Positions 46,889 to 55,585 of a stretch of DNA of 64,000 nt are shown here, piece after piece. This DNA comes from a virus (lineage: Duplodnaviria; Caudoviricetes): positions 3,500-67,499 of the IMG/VR virus record IMGVR_UViG_3300010052_000131; one strand, written 5' to 3'. Position 1 is the first letter of the stretch. Each line of letters starts with the position of its first letter. A program made the position numbers and the translations under genes. Below the pieces are notes generated by a model. That model did no database searches. It was not told the DNA's origin and saw only the letters and a list, made by a program, of their open reading frames with translations.

Positions 46889-47332
46889 ATGCGATATCGC
46901 GCGCTCGACGCCAATGGCGACTACACGTTCGGCCGTGGTCAAGCCAACTTCCTGGTTAATTCGCCAGCCTGCGTGGCGCAATCTGTCCTGACGCGTCTGC
47001 GATTATGGGAAGGCGAGTGGTTCCTTGATCAGACAGAAGGCACGGCCTGGTTGCAGCAAATATTGGGGCGGAATTCCAAGCCTATTTACGATCTCGCGAT
47101 CCGCACCCGGGTTCTGGGAACCGCCGGCGTGACGTCGATCGACGAATATTCCAGTACGCTCGACGACGTGACCCGACGGCTTGCGGTCAAGATGAAGATC
47201 ATCACCGCTTTCGATAGCGCGCCGATCGCGATCAGCGCCGTCGTCGTGCCGCCGGGCGATGGCGAACACAGCCTCGATTTCTCGCGCGACGATGTGAACA
47301 ATCTGATCTACGTGCCGGCAATCATTCACTAG
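46889..47332 (+). CDS. Baseplate wedge initiator (gp46-like) with C-terminal LDFS tag
   Basis: MRYRALDANGDYTFGRG...TRLRLWEGEWFLDQTEGT.W. Confidence 0.85.
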   Translation: MRYRALDANGDYTFGRGQANFLVNSPACVAQSVLTRLRLWEGEWFLDQTEGTAWLQQILGRNSKPIYDLAIRTRVLGTAGVTSIDEYSSTLDDVTRRLAVKMKIITAFDSAPIAISAVVVPPGDGEHSLDFSRDDVNNLIYVPAIIH

Positions 47333-47341
47333 GGCAGAACG

Positions 47342-48562
47342 ATGGGAACGCTTGCGGCACAGATCGACGCCAACGGCATTTCGGCGCCCGATTTCGACGA
47401 CGTCAATCAGCAGCTTCGCAGTGGCTATTGGGGCATCTACGGGAGCGATGCCGTCCTCGACGATGACAGTCAGGACGGCCAGTTGATCGCGATTTTTGCG
47501 CGCGCGATCACCGATCTCAATCAAATGGCGATCGCGACCTATGGTGCCTTTTCGCCGGCCAGCGCGCAGGGTGCGGGCCTGTCCAGCGTGATCAAGATCA
47601 ATGGCTTGAAGCGGCTAAATGCCAGCAACAGCCAAGTGGTCGTCACCATCGTGGGGCAGGTCGGCACGCCGATCATCAATGGCATCGTCGGGGATAACCT
47701 CAATCTCGGCACGCAATGGGCTTTGCCGCCCGAAGTGACCATCCCGGATGCCGGCACCATCGACGTTTCGGCAACCTGTATCACGGCCGGCGCGATCGCC
47801 GCGGCGCCGGGATCGATCACGGTCATCAAGACCCCGACGCTCGGTTGGCAATCGGTCACCAATGCTGCCGCCGCCAGTCTGGGCAATCCTGTCGAACAGG
47901 ATGCTACGGTACGGCGCCGCCAGGCGGTTTCGACGGCCAACCCTTCGCAGACCGTGAAGGAAGGCATCTATGGCGCGCTGGCGGCGCTTAGCGGCGTCGG
48001 ACGCCTGACGATTTATGAGAATGATGGCGACGATCCCGACGACGATGGATTGCCCGGCCACACGCTGGCCGTGGTGATATCCGGCGGCGACGCCATGCAG
48101 ATTGCGCAAACGATCGCCTTGAAGAAAACGCCCGGCGGCGGAACCGCGGGGACCGTCAGCGAGGTGGTGCTCGACTCCCGTGGCGTCCCGAATACGATCC
48201 GTTTCTACCCGCTCACAGTCGTACCGTTGACGTTGCACATCACAATCCAGCCCTTGGCAGGGTACGTGTCGACCACCGGCGATGCGATCAAGGCTGCGGT
48301 GGCGGACTTCATCAACGGCCTTTCGATCGGAGAGAAAAGTTATCTCAACCGCCTGTATTCGCCGGCCAACCTGAACGGGGACAACGCATCGGCCGCCACG
48401 GGGAAAACGCAGGCCCAGCTCGACGCGTTGAGCAAAACCTTCAACGTGACGGCGATCCTGCAATCCCGCGACGGAAATCCTCCGGCCGCGGCCGACGTGG
48501 CAATTGCCTTCAACGAGGGCGCCAATTGTCCAATCCCGAATATCACGCTGACCACGCTTTAA
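47342..48562 (+). CDS. Baseplate J/gp47 protein
   Basis: IDANGISAPDF...IYGSD..LDDDSQDGQ...ASAQGAGLSSVIKINGL.R...EQDATVRRRQ. Confidence 0.9.
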   Translation: MGTLAAQIDANGISAPDFDDVNQQLRSGYWGIYGSDAVLDDDSQDGQLIAIFARAITDLNQMAIATYGAFSPASAQGAGLSSVIKINGLKRLNASNSQVVVTIVGQVGTPIINGIVGDNLNLGTQWALPPEVTIPDAGTIDVSATCITAGAIAAAPGSITVIKTPTLGWQSVTNAAAASLGNPVEQDATVRRRQAVSTANPSQTVKEGIYGALAALSGVGRLTIYENDGDDPDDDGLPGHTLAVVISGGDAMQIAQTIALKKTPGGGTAGTVSEVVLDSRGVPNTIRFYPLTVVPLTLHITIQPLAGYVSTTGDAIKAAVADFINGLSIGEKSYLNRLYSPANLNGDNASAATGKTQAQLDALSKTFNVTAILQSRDGNPPAAADVAIAFNEGANCPIPNITLTTL

Positions 48563-48568
48563 ATCCAG

Positions 48569-49330
48569 ATGCCGATCATCGACACATGGGACTCGGGTCT
48601 CCCCGGGGCCGCATGGGATAGCGGCCTGCAGTGGGACGTCAATGTCGGACCGAACCCCGGCGACATCTCTGCGTATCTGGCGCTGGTCACGAGCGGGCAC
48701 AATGACAAGCCGAAATTCATGGCCACGATGGCCCTCTTGCTCCAGCCGATCGCGGACATTTTCGCGCTCGTCAAGAGCATGCCGGCGCTGTTCGACTTGG
48801 ACAACGCGGTCGGCGATCAACTCGACAAGGTGGGAGAGTGGGTCGGCGTCACCCGGAATATCTCGGTGCCGCTACCCGGCGTCTATTTTTCGCTCGACCA
48901 GGCCGGCCTTGGCCTCAATGAGGGGTCGCTGAAGGGCGAGTTCGATCCGGTCGCCGGCTTGTTAGTCCTGCCCGATCAGAACTACCGGACCTTCCTGCGC
49001 GCGCGCATCGCCAGCAATCAATGGGACGGCACGATCCCCGGGGCTTACGCCGCTTGGGACGTCCTGTTCGCCGGAACGGGCTATGGCATCCTCATTCAGG
49101 ACGCCGGCAACATGTCGATGATCCTCGCATTGACCGGTCCGGTTCCAGACGCCGTGACCAATGCGCTTTTCGTCGGCGGATATCTCAGCCTCAAGCCATC
49201 GACTGTTCGCATCTCCAACTACATCGCGCCGGCTATCGCAGACACGCCCTATTTCGGCATCGGCGTTTCAAACGCCGTCATTGCAGGGCTCGACAGCGGC
49301 ACCTTCGGCAACACCACGGCAGGAACGTAA
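48569..49330 (+). CDS. Baseplate wedge protein (DUF2612) with WDSG N-terminal extension
   Basis: KPKF...FDLDNAVGDQLDKVGEWVGVTR...YRTFLRARI..NQWDGT. Confidence 0.88.
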   Translation: MPIIDTWDSGLPGAAWDSGLQWDVNVGPNPGDISAYLALVTSGHNDKPKFMATMALLLQPIADIFALVKSMPALFDLDNAVGDQLDKVGEWVGVTRNISVPLPGVYFSLDQAGLGLNEGSLKGEFDPVAGLLVLPDQNYRTFLRARIASNQWDGTIPGAYAAWDVLFAGTGYGILIQDAGNMSMILALTGPVPDAVTNALFVGGYLSLKPSTVRISNYIAPAIADTPYFGIGVSNAVIAGLDSGTFGNTTAGT

Positions 49331-49333
49331 CGC

Positions 49334-49906
49334 ATGCCCACCGTCGATTATCTCCCGATCGCCAACGCGGTCGGCGCCGCCGTCGAAAGCCAGGCGGATT
49401 ACGCGGCAGACCCTTCGCTGCCGAATGGTTATCAGACCGGCATCGTTCCGCAGCTCAAGTTCAACAAATCATGGCGTCAATCGTCGATGATGGCCGCGGC
49501 GATCGCAAATTACATCGCGCAGCAATTGACCGTCGATGTGCTGGACGACGGCGATGTGGCCGGGCTCGTCGTCAAACTGACAAATGCGATCACGACCGGC
49601 GCCGCGCTCAAGCCATCCCGGATCGTCGCGGCCAGCGCTGTCCTCAACATTGGGACAGCCGATTATGCGATCGGCCTGAACCGGGTCGCTGGCTTGGCGG
49701 CGATGGTCGCTAATCTTCCGGGCGCGGCGCAGGTAAATCAGGAGTTCGTCCTCGAAGACCTTGCCGGCAATTTCAACGCCTTCCCGGTGACCGTGACGCC
49801 ACCGGTTGGTCACAGCATCGCCGGCGAGGCGACGTGGCTGATGAACGTTGATCGCGGCTCAAACAAGTTCCGTTACTACGGTTCGAATATCTGGAGTGTT
49901 GCGTGA
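49334..49906 (+). CDS. Short tail-fibre base/adaptor (no signal peptide, no Cys)
   Basis: DYLPIA..VESQADY...GYQTG...FNKSWRQSSMMAAAIANYI...DVLDDGD baseplate-anchor motif. Confidence 0.82.
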   Translation: MPTVDYLPIANAVGAAVESQADYAADPSLPNGYQTGIVPQLKFNKSWRQSSMMAAAIANYIAQQLTVDVLDDGDVAGLVVKLTNAITTGAALKPSRIVAASAVLNIGTADYAIGLNRVAGLAAMVANLPGAAQVNQEFVLEDLAGNFNAFPVTVTPPVGHSIAGEATWLMNVDRGSNKFRYYGSNIWSVA

Positions 49907-50847
49907 TGCTGAAGAGGATTGTTGCGCCGCTTCTTGCGGTGACGATTGCGGCCGTCGGAGTATTCTTTGCCGTCCCGTCGCCACACCGCGCGGAAGCCCA
50001 ATTCCGCGAGCAAAGCACCTATGGCGGGACGTCGACCGGAAGCGCAAACGCGCAAGTCATCGCCATTCCGAATCTCGCGACGCGCCCGATCGGCGTGCCG
50101 TTTCGCTTCATTCCGGGTTTCACCAATACCGGCCCCACAACGATCAACGATGGCCTTGGCGCGGTGGCGCTGGTACGGCCATCGTCGATCGGCAACGTGG
50201 CGTTTTCCGGCGGCGAATTACTGGCTGGCGAGCTGACGTCGATCATCTATACCGGGAGCGTCTATCAGCTCGCCAGCAACGTCGACCTGACGCGGATTGG
50301 CCAGTCCGTCGAACTCCGGGGCACAAGCGCAACGGCGCCGCGCGGTACGCTGATCGAGGACGGTAGCTGCGTTTCGCAAACGACATATGCCGCGCTCTTT
50401 AGCGTGATCGGTACGGCCTATGGAAGTTGTTCAGCCGGGCTGTTTGCGCTTCCGGACAGCCGCGGGACCATGTTCGCGGCGCTGGATAATCAGGGCTCAA
50501 ACGGTGCGGCTAACCGAATTACGAGCGGCGGCAGCGGATGCAACGGCACCACCATCGGGCTTTGCGGATCGCAGCTGCACACACTTCTGACCACTGAAGT
50601 TCCGAACCTGAATGTCACCGGCCTGGCATCCAACTTCCGGATCAGCGGGGGCTCCTCGATCAACCTTCTTCTTCCGGATCAGGGCGCGGCGGTGAGAACC
50701 CTGGCGTTCACCGGCGGCACCGTATTTGGCTTGGGAAGTGGCGGCAATCTGGCTGGCGACGTCGCCGGCGCTACCACCAACGGGGGCGGCGGGGCTCACT
50801 CGATCCTCAATCCGGTTCTGCTCGGCCGTCGCGCGATCAAATACTGA
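49906..50847 (+). CDS. Tail-collar-domain fibre with signal peptide
   Basis: Signal MLKRIVAPLLAVTIAAVGVFFAVPSPHRAEA|Q; FTNTGPTTIN; DGSCVSQTTYAALFSVIGTAYG...LPDSRG collar motif. Confidence 0.85.
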   Translation: MLKRIVAPLLAVTIAAVGVFFAVPSPHRAEAQFREQSTYGGTSTGSANAQVIAIPNLATRPIGVPFRFIPGFTNTGPTTINDGLGAVALVRPSSIGNVAFSGGELLAGELTSIIYTGSVYQLASNVDLTRIGQSVELRGTSATAPRGTLIEDGSCVSQTTYAALFSVIGTAYGSCSAGLFALPDSRGTMFAALDNQGSNGAANRITSGGSGCNGTTIGLCGSQLHTLLTTEVPNLNVTGLASNFRISGGSSINLLLPDQGAAVRTLAFTGGTVFGLGSGGNLAGDVAGATTNGGGGAHSILNPVLLGRRAIKY

Positions 50848-50857
50848 GAGCAATCCA

Positions 50858-53026
50858 ATGAAATTGAAGTCGGGTTTTCTAGCCGCCCTGTGGCTGCTTA
50901 CGGCGGAGTCATGCGCGCTCGCCGGCAGCACGGTTGATCCGTCGCAACCATCGACGCGCGGGGCTTTCACGTCCGCCCCCGTTCGGAACAACTTCCTGGC
51001 GGCCTACAACGATATCAATAACATCCTCGGCGTATTCGCAGCGCCGGCGGCGCCGAACTCTCCGACGCATCTTCAATCATGGGCCGATACGACGGCGTCG
51101 CCCGTCGTCGTCTTCAAATACTGGAACCAAGTTCATGCGGTTTGGATCCCGTATGCGATCCTAAACACCAGCTCCAATTCTTATACCCCGTTCTTCACGC
51201 CGGGCGGATATGTCGCAAATGCACCGATCACGATCTCGGTTTCGGGTGGCGTTGCGACCTTCGGCCTCGCGAAGGACAGCAATTTTGCGACTGTCAGCGG
51301 CGCGCTTGCGTTCGCGCCGATCGCAGACGGCAGCCTGCTGGCCCGGTGCGCCGGTTCGGCCGGCGAACCCAGCGCCTGCACGTGGGCCGCCTTCGCTGCG
51401 CGAGCGATCGGCAATACCAACGGGATATTCCCGCACTATGTCGGCGGCACCTGGACCACGGACACCACCGGCACCAGCGGGCACGCGGTACCGTTCCTTG
51501 ACGGCAGCAACATTTGGGGAGCGCCGCAGACCATTTACTTGGGTTCCTCCTCGTTGCGCGCGGCGATCTCCGGGACGGTCCTGCGCGGGGCCCAGGCGGA
51601 TGGGACGCCCGCGGTTTCCCAGCTCGATAGCTTCGGCGCGGCCACCGCATATACCTGCGTGCGATCGAACGGGACGGCCGCCGTCAGTACCGCGCTCACG
51701 ACCAACGATCTGATTTGCGCCCTTGGTGGCCATGGGTTCGACGGCACGGCAAATTCGTCAGTCGCGGCCGCTTTCCGTCTCTACGCATCGCAGCCCTGGA
51801 CCGGCAGCGCACACGGCACCTTTGCGCGCATCGCGGTCACGGCCAACGGATCCACATCACCGGTGGATCAGTTCGGTATTGAGCAGGACGGCGGTCTGAC
51901 GCTTCCGCCGACGGTCACCGGCGGAAGCAAGGGCGCTGGCACGATCAATATCTCCGGCAATTATTATGTCGGCGGCAATCAGATTAACTTCAGCAATCTG
52001 GCGGGGCAGGCGGCGCTTTCGCAGCTTCCGACAATCGGCGCCAACACGGTGTTGGGCAGTGTGGCCGGCGGAACACCAATCGCGCTCACGCAGGCCCAGC
52101 AAACAGCCATGATTAATCTGGCGACCGCGTCGCTTTCGGGCGCGCTGCCGCCCTGGCCGGGCAATACCACGACCTATTTCCGGGGTGACGGCACCTATCC
52201 GACGCTGAACTTTGCCGCGATCAGCGGCGTCGCGACCGGTGCGCAATTGCCGGTGCCGGGTGCGTCATCGCTCGGCGGGGTCAACAGCAAGGATTGTTCG
52301 CCGAGCGGTCAGTTCGTCCAGAAGATTAATACCGACGGTTCGATCACTTGCGTGACGCCGGCGGGCGGCGGCAACCTCTCGACCTCAGGCACCCCGTCAG
52401 CGAACCAAACCGGCGTTTTCGGAAGCTCGACGACGCTGCAGGGGGTCGGTCCTGGCATAGCTGGACAGCAGTTCACCTCGAATGGCCCGAGCTCGCCGCC
52501 GTCTTTTCAATCCGGTGGTTGGGTGCTGCTCAACACGCTGACAGCCAGCAATTCGGCTAGCTTGTCGGACACGACGAGCCTGACTGCGAACTATAACGAA
52601 TATCAAATCGTTTTTGATAAGTTGGTTCCGGCGACGAACGCTGTCCAGTGCCAGATGACGGTGAGGTCGGGTGGCACTTTCCAAACGACCAATTATTCTG
52701 CACCGGGTGTCGGATTCGCATCGACAAGTGTCGTCGGAAATACCGCAACGACTTTCATCCCCTGTTCGAACGCAAACTCTGCCGACATAGGCAATAGTGC
52801 TTCGGGAGGACTCTCTGGTGCATTTAGAGTCCAGACACCTTCCGGAACTTCCACATACAAAGGGTGGAATGGTCAGTTCTCATTCTTAAACCAAAGCGGA
52901 GGGTTCACTGGAGCGATTAATACTGGAGCATGGATTGGGGGAACTGGGGCCGTCGATGGTTTCCTAATAAAAATGAACAGCGGCAACATCAGCAGCGGGA
53001 CCGTGAAGATCTACGGACGATTGTGA
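50858..53026 (+). CDS. Long tail fibre / receptor-binding protein with signal peptide
   Basis: Signal MKLKSGFLAALWLLTAESCALA|G; VRNNFLAAYNDINNI trimerisation-like helix; C-terminal GWVLLNTLTASNSASL...YNEYQIVF...ISSGTVKIYG. Confidence 0.82.
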   Translation: MKLKSGFLAALWLLTAESCALAGSTVDPSQPSTRGAFTSAPVRNNFLAAYNDINNILGVFAAPAAPNSPTHLQSWADTTASPVVVFKYWNQVHAVWIPYAILNTSSNSYTPFFTPGGYVANAPITISVSGGVATFGLAKDSNFATVSGALAFAPIADGSLLARCAGSAGEPSACTWAAFAARAIGNTNGIFPHYVGGTWTTDTTGTSGHAVPFLDGSNIWGAPQTIYLGSSSLRAAISGTVLRGAQADGTPAVSQLDSFGAATAYTCVRSNGTAAVSTALTTNDLICALGGHGFDGTANSSVAAAFRLYASQPWTGSAHGTFARIAVTANGSTSPVDQFGIEQDGGLTLPPTVTGGSKGAGTINISGNYYVGGNQINFSNLAGQAALSQLPTIGANTVLGSVAGGTPIALTQAQQTAMINLATASLSGALPPWPGNTTTYFRGDGTYPTLNFAAISGVATGAQLPVPGASSLGGVNSKDCSPSGQFVQKINTDGSITCVTPAGGGNLSTSGTPSANQTGVFGSSTTLQGVGPGIAGQQFTSNGPSSPPSFQSGGWVLLNTLTASNSASLSDTTSLTANYNEYQIVFDKLVPATNAVQCQMTVRSGGTFQTTNYSAPGVGFASTSVVGNTATTFIPCSNANSADIGNSASGGLSGAFRVQTPSGTSTYKGWNGQFSFLNQSGGFTGAINTGAWIGGTGAVDGFLIKMNSGNISSGTVKIYGRL

Positions 53027-53059
53027 TCGCTCCTAGCGAGCGCTCTGATCTCAACTATC

Positions 53060-53084
53060 GCCGCCTTAGGGCGGCTTTTTCTTT
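53060..53084 (+). terminator. Intrinsic terminator
   Basis: gccgcc-ttag-ggcggc-ttttt. Confidence 0.7.
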
Positions 53085-53094
53085 GGAGCCACCA

Positions 53095-53952
53095 ATGCCG
53101 ACCAACGCCGCGATGATCGCAGCGAACGCCGACCGCTGGGCGAAAGCCCATATTTATCCTGAGTGGCAGAAGGCGATTGATGAGACCGCCGACCGCCTGA
53201 CGCTGCCACAGAACAAGGCGCGGTTTCTGGCTGTTGAAAAAGCCGAAGGAGTTCCGTGGTTCGCGATCGCGATCATCAAGGAGCGCGAGGCCGGCGCCGA
53301 TCCGGCCTTCAAGAAGTCGATCGCCCAGGGCGACGCGTGGGCAGCTCGCTCGACCCACATTCCAAAGGGCAGGGGACCATTCTCGAGCTGGGAAGCGGCG
53401 GCGCATGACGCCCTGGTCGACTGCGCGCCCTATGCCGCGCGCTGGCACGATTGGTCGATCGGCGGCCTTCTGACCATCCTCGAAAAATACAACGGCCTCG
53501 GTTACGCCGCGAAAGGCTTGCCATCGCCCTACATTTGGTCGGCGACCGATCAGTACGTGAAGGGCAAATACATTCGGGACGGCGTCTTTGACGCAAACTT
53601 CGTCGATCGACAGATCGGCTGCGCGGCGCTCTTGATCGCCTTGCAGCGGCGCGACCCGTCCATCAAGTTTAGCACCCCGGGCACGCCGGCGCGCCCTTCG
53701 GTAGCCCCGCCGCAGATCCTTGTCGACGCCGCCACCAAGACCGCTCGGAACACGCGGTCCGGCGCGCTGGTCGGCGCCGCGGCCGCGGGCGGCAGCGAGG
53801 CGGCGAAAACCGGTACCCAAGTTCCGGCGCCGGCCCCCGCCGCAGTCCCGTCATATGTCGGCCCGGCCGTGCTGGTGGTCGCGATCGTGGTAGCGATGGC
53901 CGCCACCATTATCGTGGCCAAGCGCAAGGCCGCCGTTCTCAACGTCTGGTAA
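53095..53952 (+). CDS. Endolysin (lysozyme-like family) with C-terminal membrane segment
   Basis: GVPWFAIAIIKERE...IPKGRGPF.SWE.AA.DAL...LEKYNGLGY...PSPYIWSATDQY.KGKY..DG.FD...DRQIGCAALL. Confidence 0.8.
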   Translation: MPTNAAMIAANADRWAKAHIYPEWQKAIDETADRLTLPQNKARFLAVEKAEGVPWFAIAIIKEREAGADPAFKKSIAQGDAWAARSTHIPKGRGPFSSWEAAAHDALVDCAPYAARWHDWSIGGLLTILEKYNGLGYAAKGLPSPYIWSATDQYVKGKYIRDGVFDANFVDRQIGCAALLIALQRRDPSIKFSTPGTPARPSVAPPQILVDAATKTARNTRSGALVGAAAAGGSEAAKTGTQVPAPAPAAVPSYVGPAVLVVAIVVAMAATIIVAKRKAAVLNVW

Positions 53953-53956
53953 CGCC

Positions 53957-54427
53957 ATGCTCAAGGCCGTGACGTATTGGGCGGAAATGGTCTGTTCGCC
54001 GGTGCTGGCGGCCTGCCTGGTCGCGAGTTCGACGCTGCGGCCGGACGTCATGCCCGGGCTATTGCTGGGCGGCGCGGTGGCATGGACGCTGGCCGAATAC
54101 GGCGTTCACCGCTTCATGCTGCACGATCTGATGCCGACGCAGCACCGGCTGCATCACGCGCGGCCAGGGGACGCGATTTCAAGCATCTTCTGGCCGATTT
54201 GGGCCGCCTTCGCCGTGGTCTATCTGATCGCGGGCGGCGTCGTGCTCGCCGGCGTGCTGCTGGCCTATAGCTGGTACCTGTTCGTCCATCATTGCGCGCA
54301 TCACCGCCGCGGCGCGCTGCCGGCAGCGCTTCTCAATCACCACGACGGCCACCACCGCTACGCGACGCGCAATTTCGGCGTCAGCACCACGCTGTGGGAT
54401 CACGCCTTCGGAACCGTTCTTCGCTGA
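53957..54427 (+). CDS. Fatty acid hydroxylase / sterol desaturase family protein
   Basis: His boxes EYGVHRFMLH, HRLHH, YLFVHHCAHH, HHDGHH, RNFGVSTTLWDHAFGT. Confidence 0.9.
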   Translation: MLKAVTYWAEMVCSPVLAACLVASSTLRPDVMPGLLLGGAVAWTLAEYGVHRFMLHDLMPTQHRLHHARPGDAISSIFWPIWAAFAVVYLIAGGVVLAGVLLAYSWYLFVHHCAHHRRGALPAALLNHHDGHHRYATRNFGVSTTLWDHAFGTVLR

Positions 54428-54450
54428 TCAATTCAAAAAGGAGCATCACC

Positions 54451-54723
54451 ATGTGGACCAAAGTTAAGGCGTTCTTTCACGATCTCGCCGTCAAGATCAA
54501 AACCAACATCATGAACGCGATTGCGCTGATCGGCACGCTGTTCGGGTCGGCGCTATCTCATATCGACGCGCTGGCGGCGACGCTGGGCGATCCGAACCTG
54601 ACCCAGCAGATTTCTACCGTCGTCACCGATGCCAAATGGATCGGGCGGTGGATACTGACCGTCGGCATCATCGCCACGATCGCGAAGTTCAAGCAGTTGG
54701 TGCAAGCGCCACCGAAGGGCTGA
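54451..54723 (+). CDS. Holin-like membrane protein
   Basis: Two hydrophobic segments, basic termini, in lysis cassette. Confidence 0.6.
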   Translation: MWTKVKAFFHDLAVKIKTNIMNAIALIGTLFGSALSHIDALAATLGDPNLTQQISTVVTDAKWIGRWILTVGIIATIAKFKQLVQAPPKG

Positions 54724-54727
54724 TCCC

Positions 54728-55111
54728 ATGTGGAATATCATCATCGGCTTTCTGGGCGGCCCCGTCATCAAGGGGCTGCTGGATGCGTACAACGCGCATC
54801 TGAAGGCGACGACGGATGACAAGGCGATCGCCGCCGATCTTGCGGGCAAGGAAATCGCCGCGCAGGTCTCCGAAACCAACGCGATCATGGCGTACCGGAC
54901 GGCGGAGATCGGGCACTGGTATGAGCCTGACAAACTGATGGGCTATTTCGTCGCCGCCTACTTCGGAAAGCTGCTGATCTGGGACAAGGTTTTGGGGCTC
55001 GGCACCACCGATCCCTTGGCCGGCTTTGCCGCGGTCACCGCCAACCTGGTCGTCAGCTTCTATTTCGCGAAGCGCGGGTTCGAGAACATCGCCCGGATCA
55101 TCAAGCGCTGA
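54728..55111 (+). CDS. Holin-like membrane protein
   Basis: GGPVIKGLLDAY...YFGKLLIWDKVLGLGTTDPL...VVSFYFAKR. Confidence 0.65.
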   Translation: MWNIIIGFLGGPVIKGLLDAYNAHLKATTDDKAIAADLAGKEIAAQVSETNAIMAYRTAEIGHWYEPDKLMGYFVAAYFGKLLIWDKVLGLGTTDPLAGFAAVTANLVVSFYFAKRGFENIARIIKR

Positions 55112-55114
55112 ACC

Positions 55115-55516
55115 ATGCCCGTCACGCTCGCCAGCCTCAGCAAGAAAGTCCGGCTGATCGTCGGAATCATCACCGCACTGGTCGCGGGCGCCGGCGCGCT
55201 CGCGGCCTATTCGGACTATGCGCCGGCGACGCGGGGATATGCCAAGGACGTGGCCAAGCGGGAGACCGACGCCGCCCTGATCGTCACCACGGCGCGCATC
55301 GGCAACCTGCAGCGGGAGGCCATGGAAACCCGCCTGCAGATCAACCAGGTACGGCGGGACACGCTCCGGAACGACAAGTTCAACCGGGAACAGCAGCTAA
55401 AGGACGCGCCCGACCTGCAAACGCGGCAGTTGCTGCGCCAGCGGCTGGATGAGATCGACGACGCGCTGCGCGACGTCTACGCGGAACGGGAACGCCTCCG
55501 AATTCCATCACCTTAG
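55115..55516 (+). CDS. Membrane-anchored coiled-coil protein (i-spanin-like position)
   Basis: N-terminal TM followed by long coiled coil. Confidence 0.55.
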   Translation: MPVTLASLSKKVRLIVGIITALVAGAGALAAYSDYAPATRGYAKDVAKRETDAALIVTTARIGNLQREAMETRLQINQVRRDTLRNDKFNREQQLKDAPDLQTRQLLRQRLDEIDDALRDVYAERERLRIPSP

Positions 55517-55533
55517 AATTTACAGAACATCAC

Positions 55534-55574
55534 GCTCCGGCGGGCTCGAGGAATCGGGCCCGCCGGAGCTTTTT
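55534..55574. terminator. Strong terminator ending late operon
   Basis: gctccggcgggc...gcccgccggagc (12 bp) then ttttt; convergent with ligase gene. Confidence 0.8.
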
Positions 55575-55585
55575 GCGTTTCGGGG

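Noticed and set aside
39520-47292. Diversity-generating retroelement (TR/VR pair)
   Set aside because: The shared 21-bp block is short, shows no adenine-specific variation, and no reverse transcriptase is present
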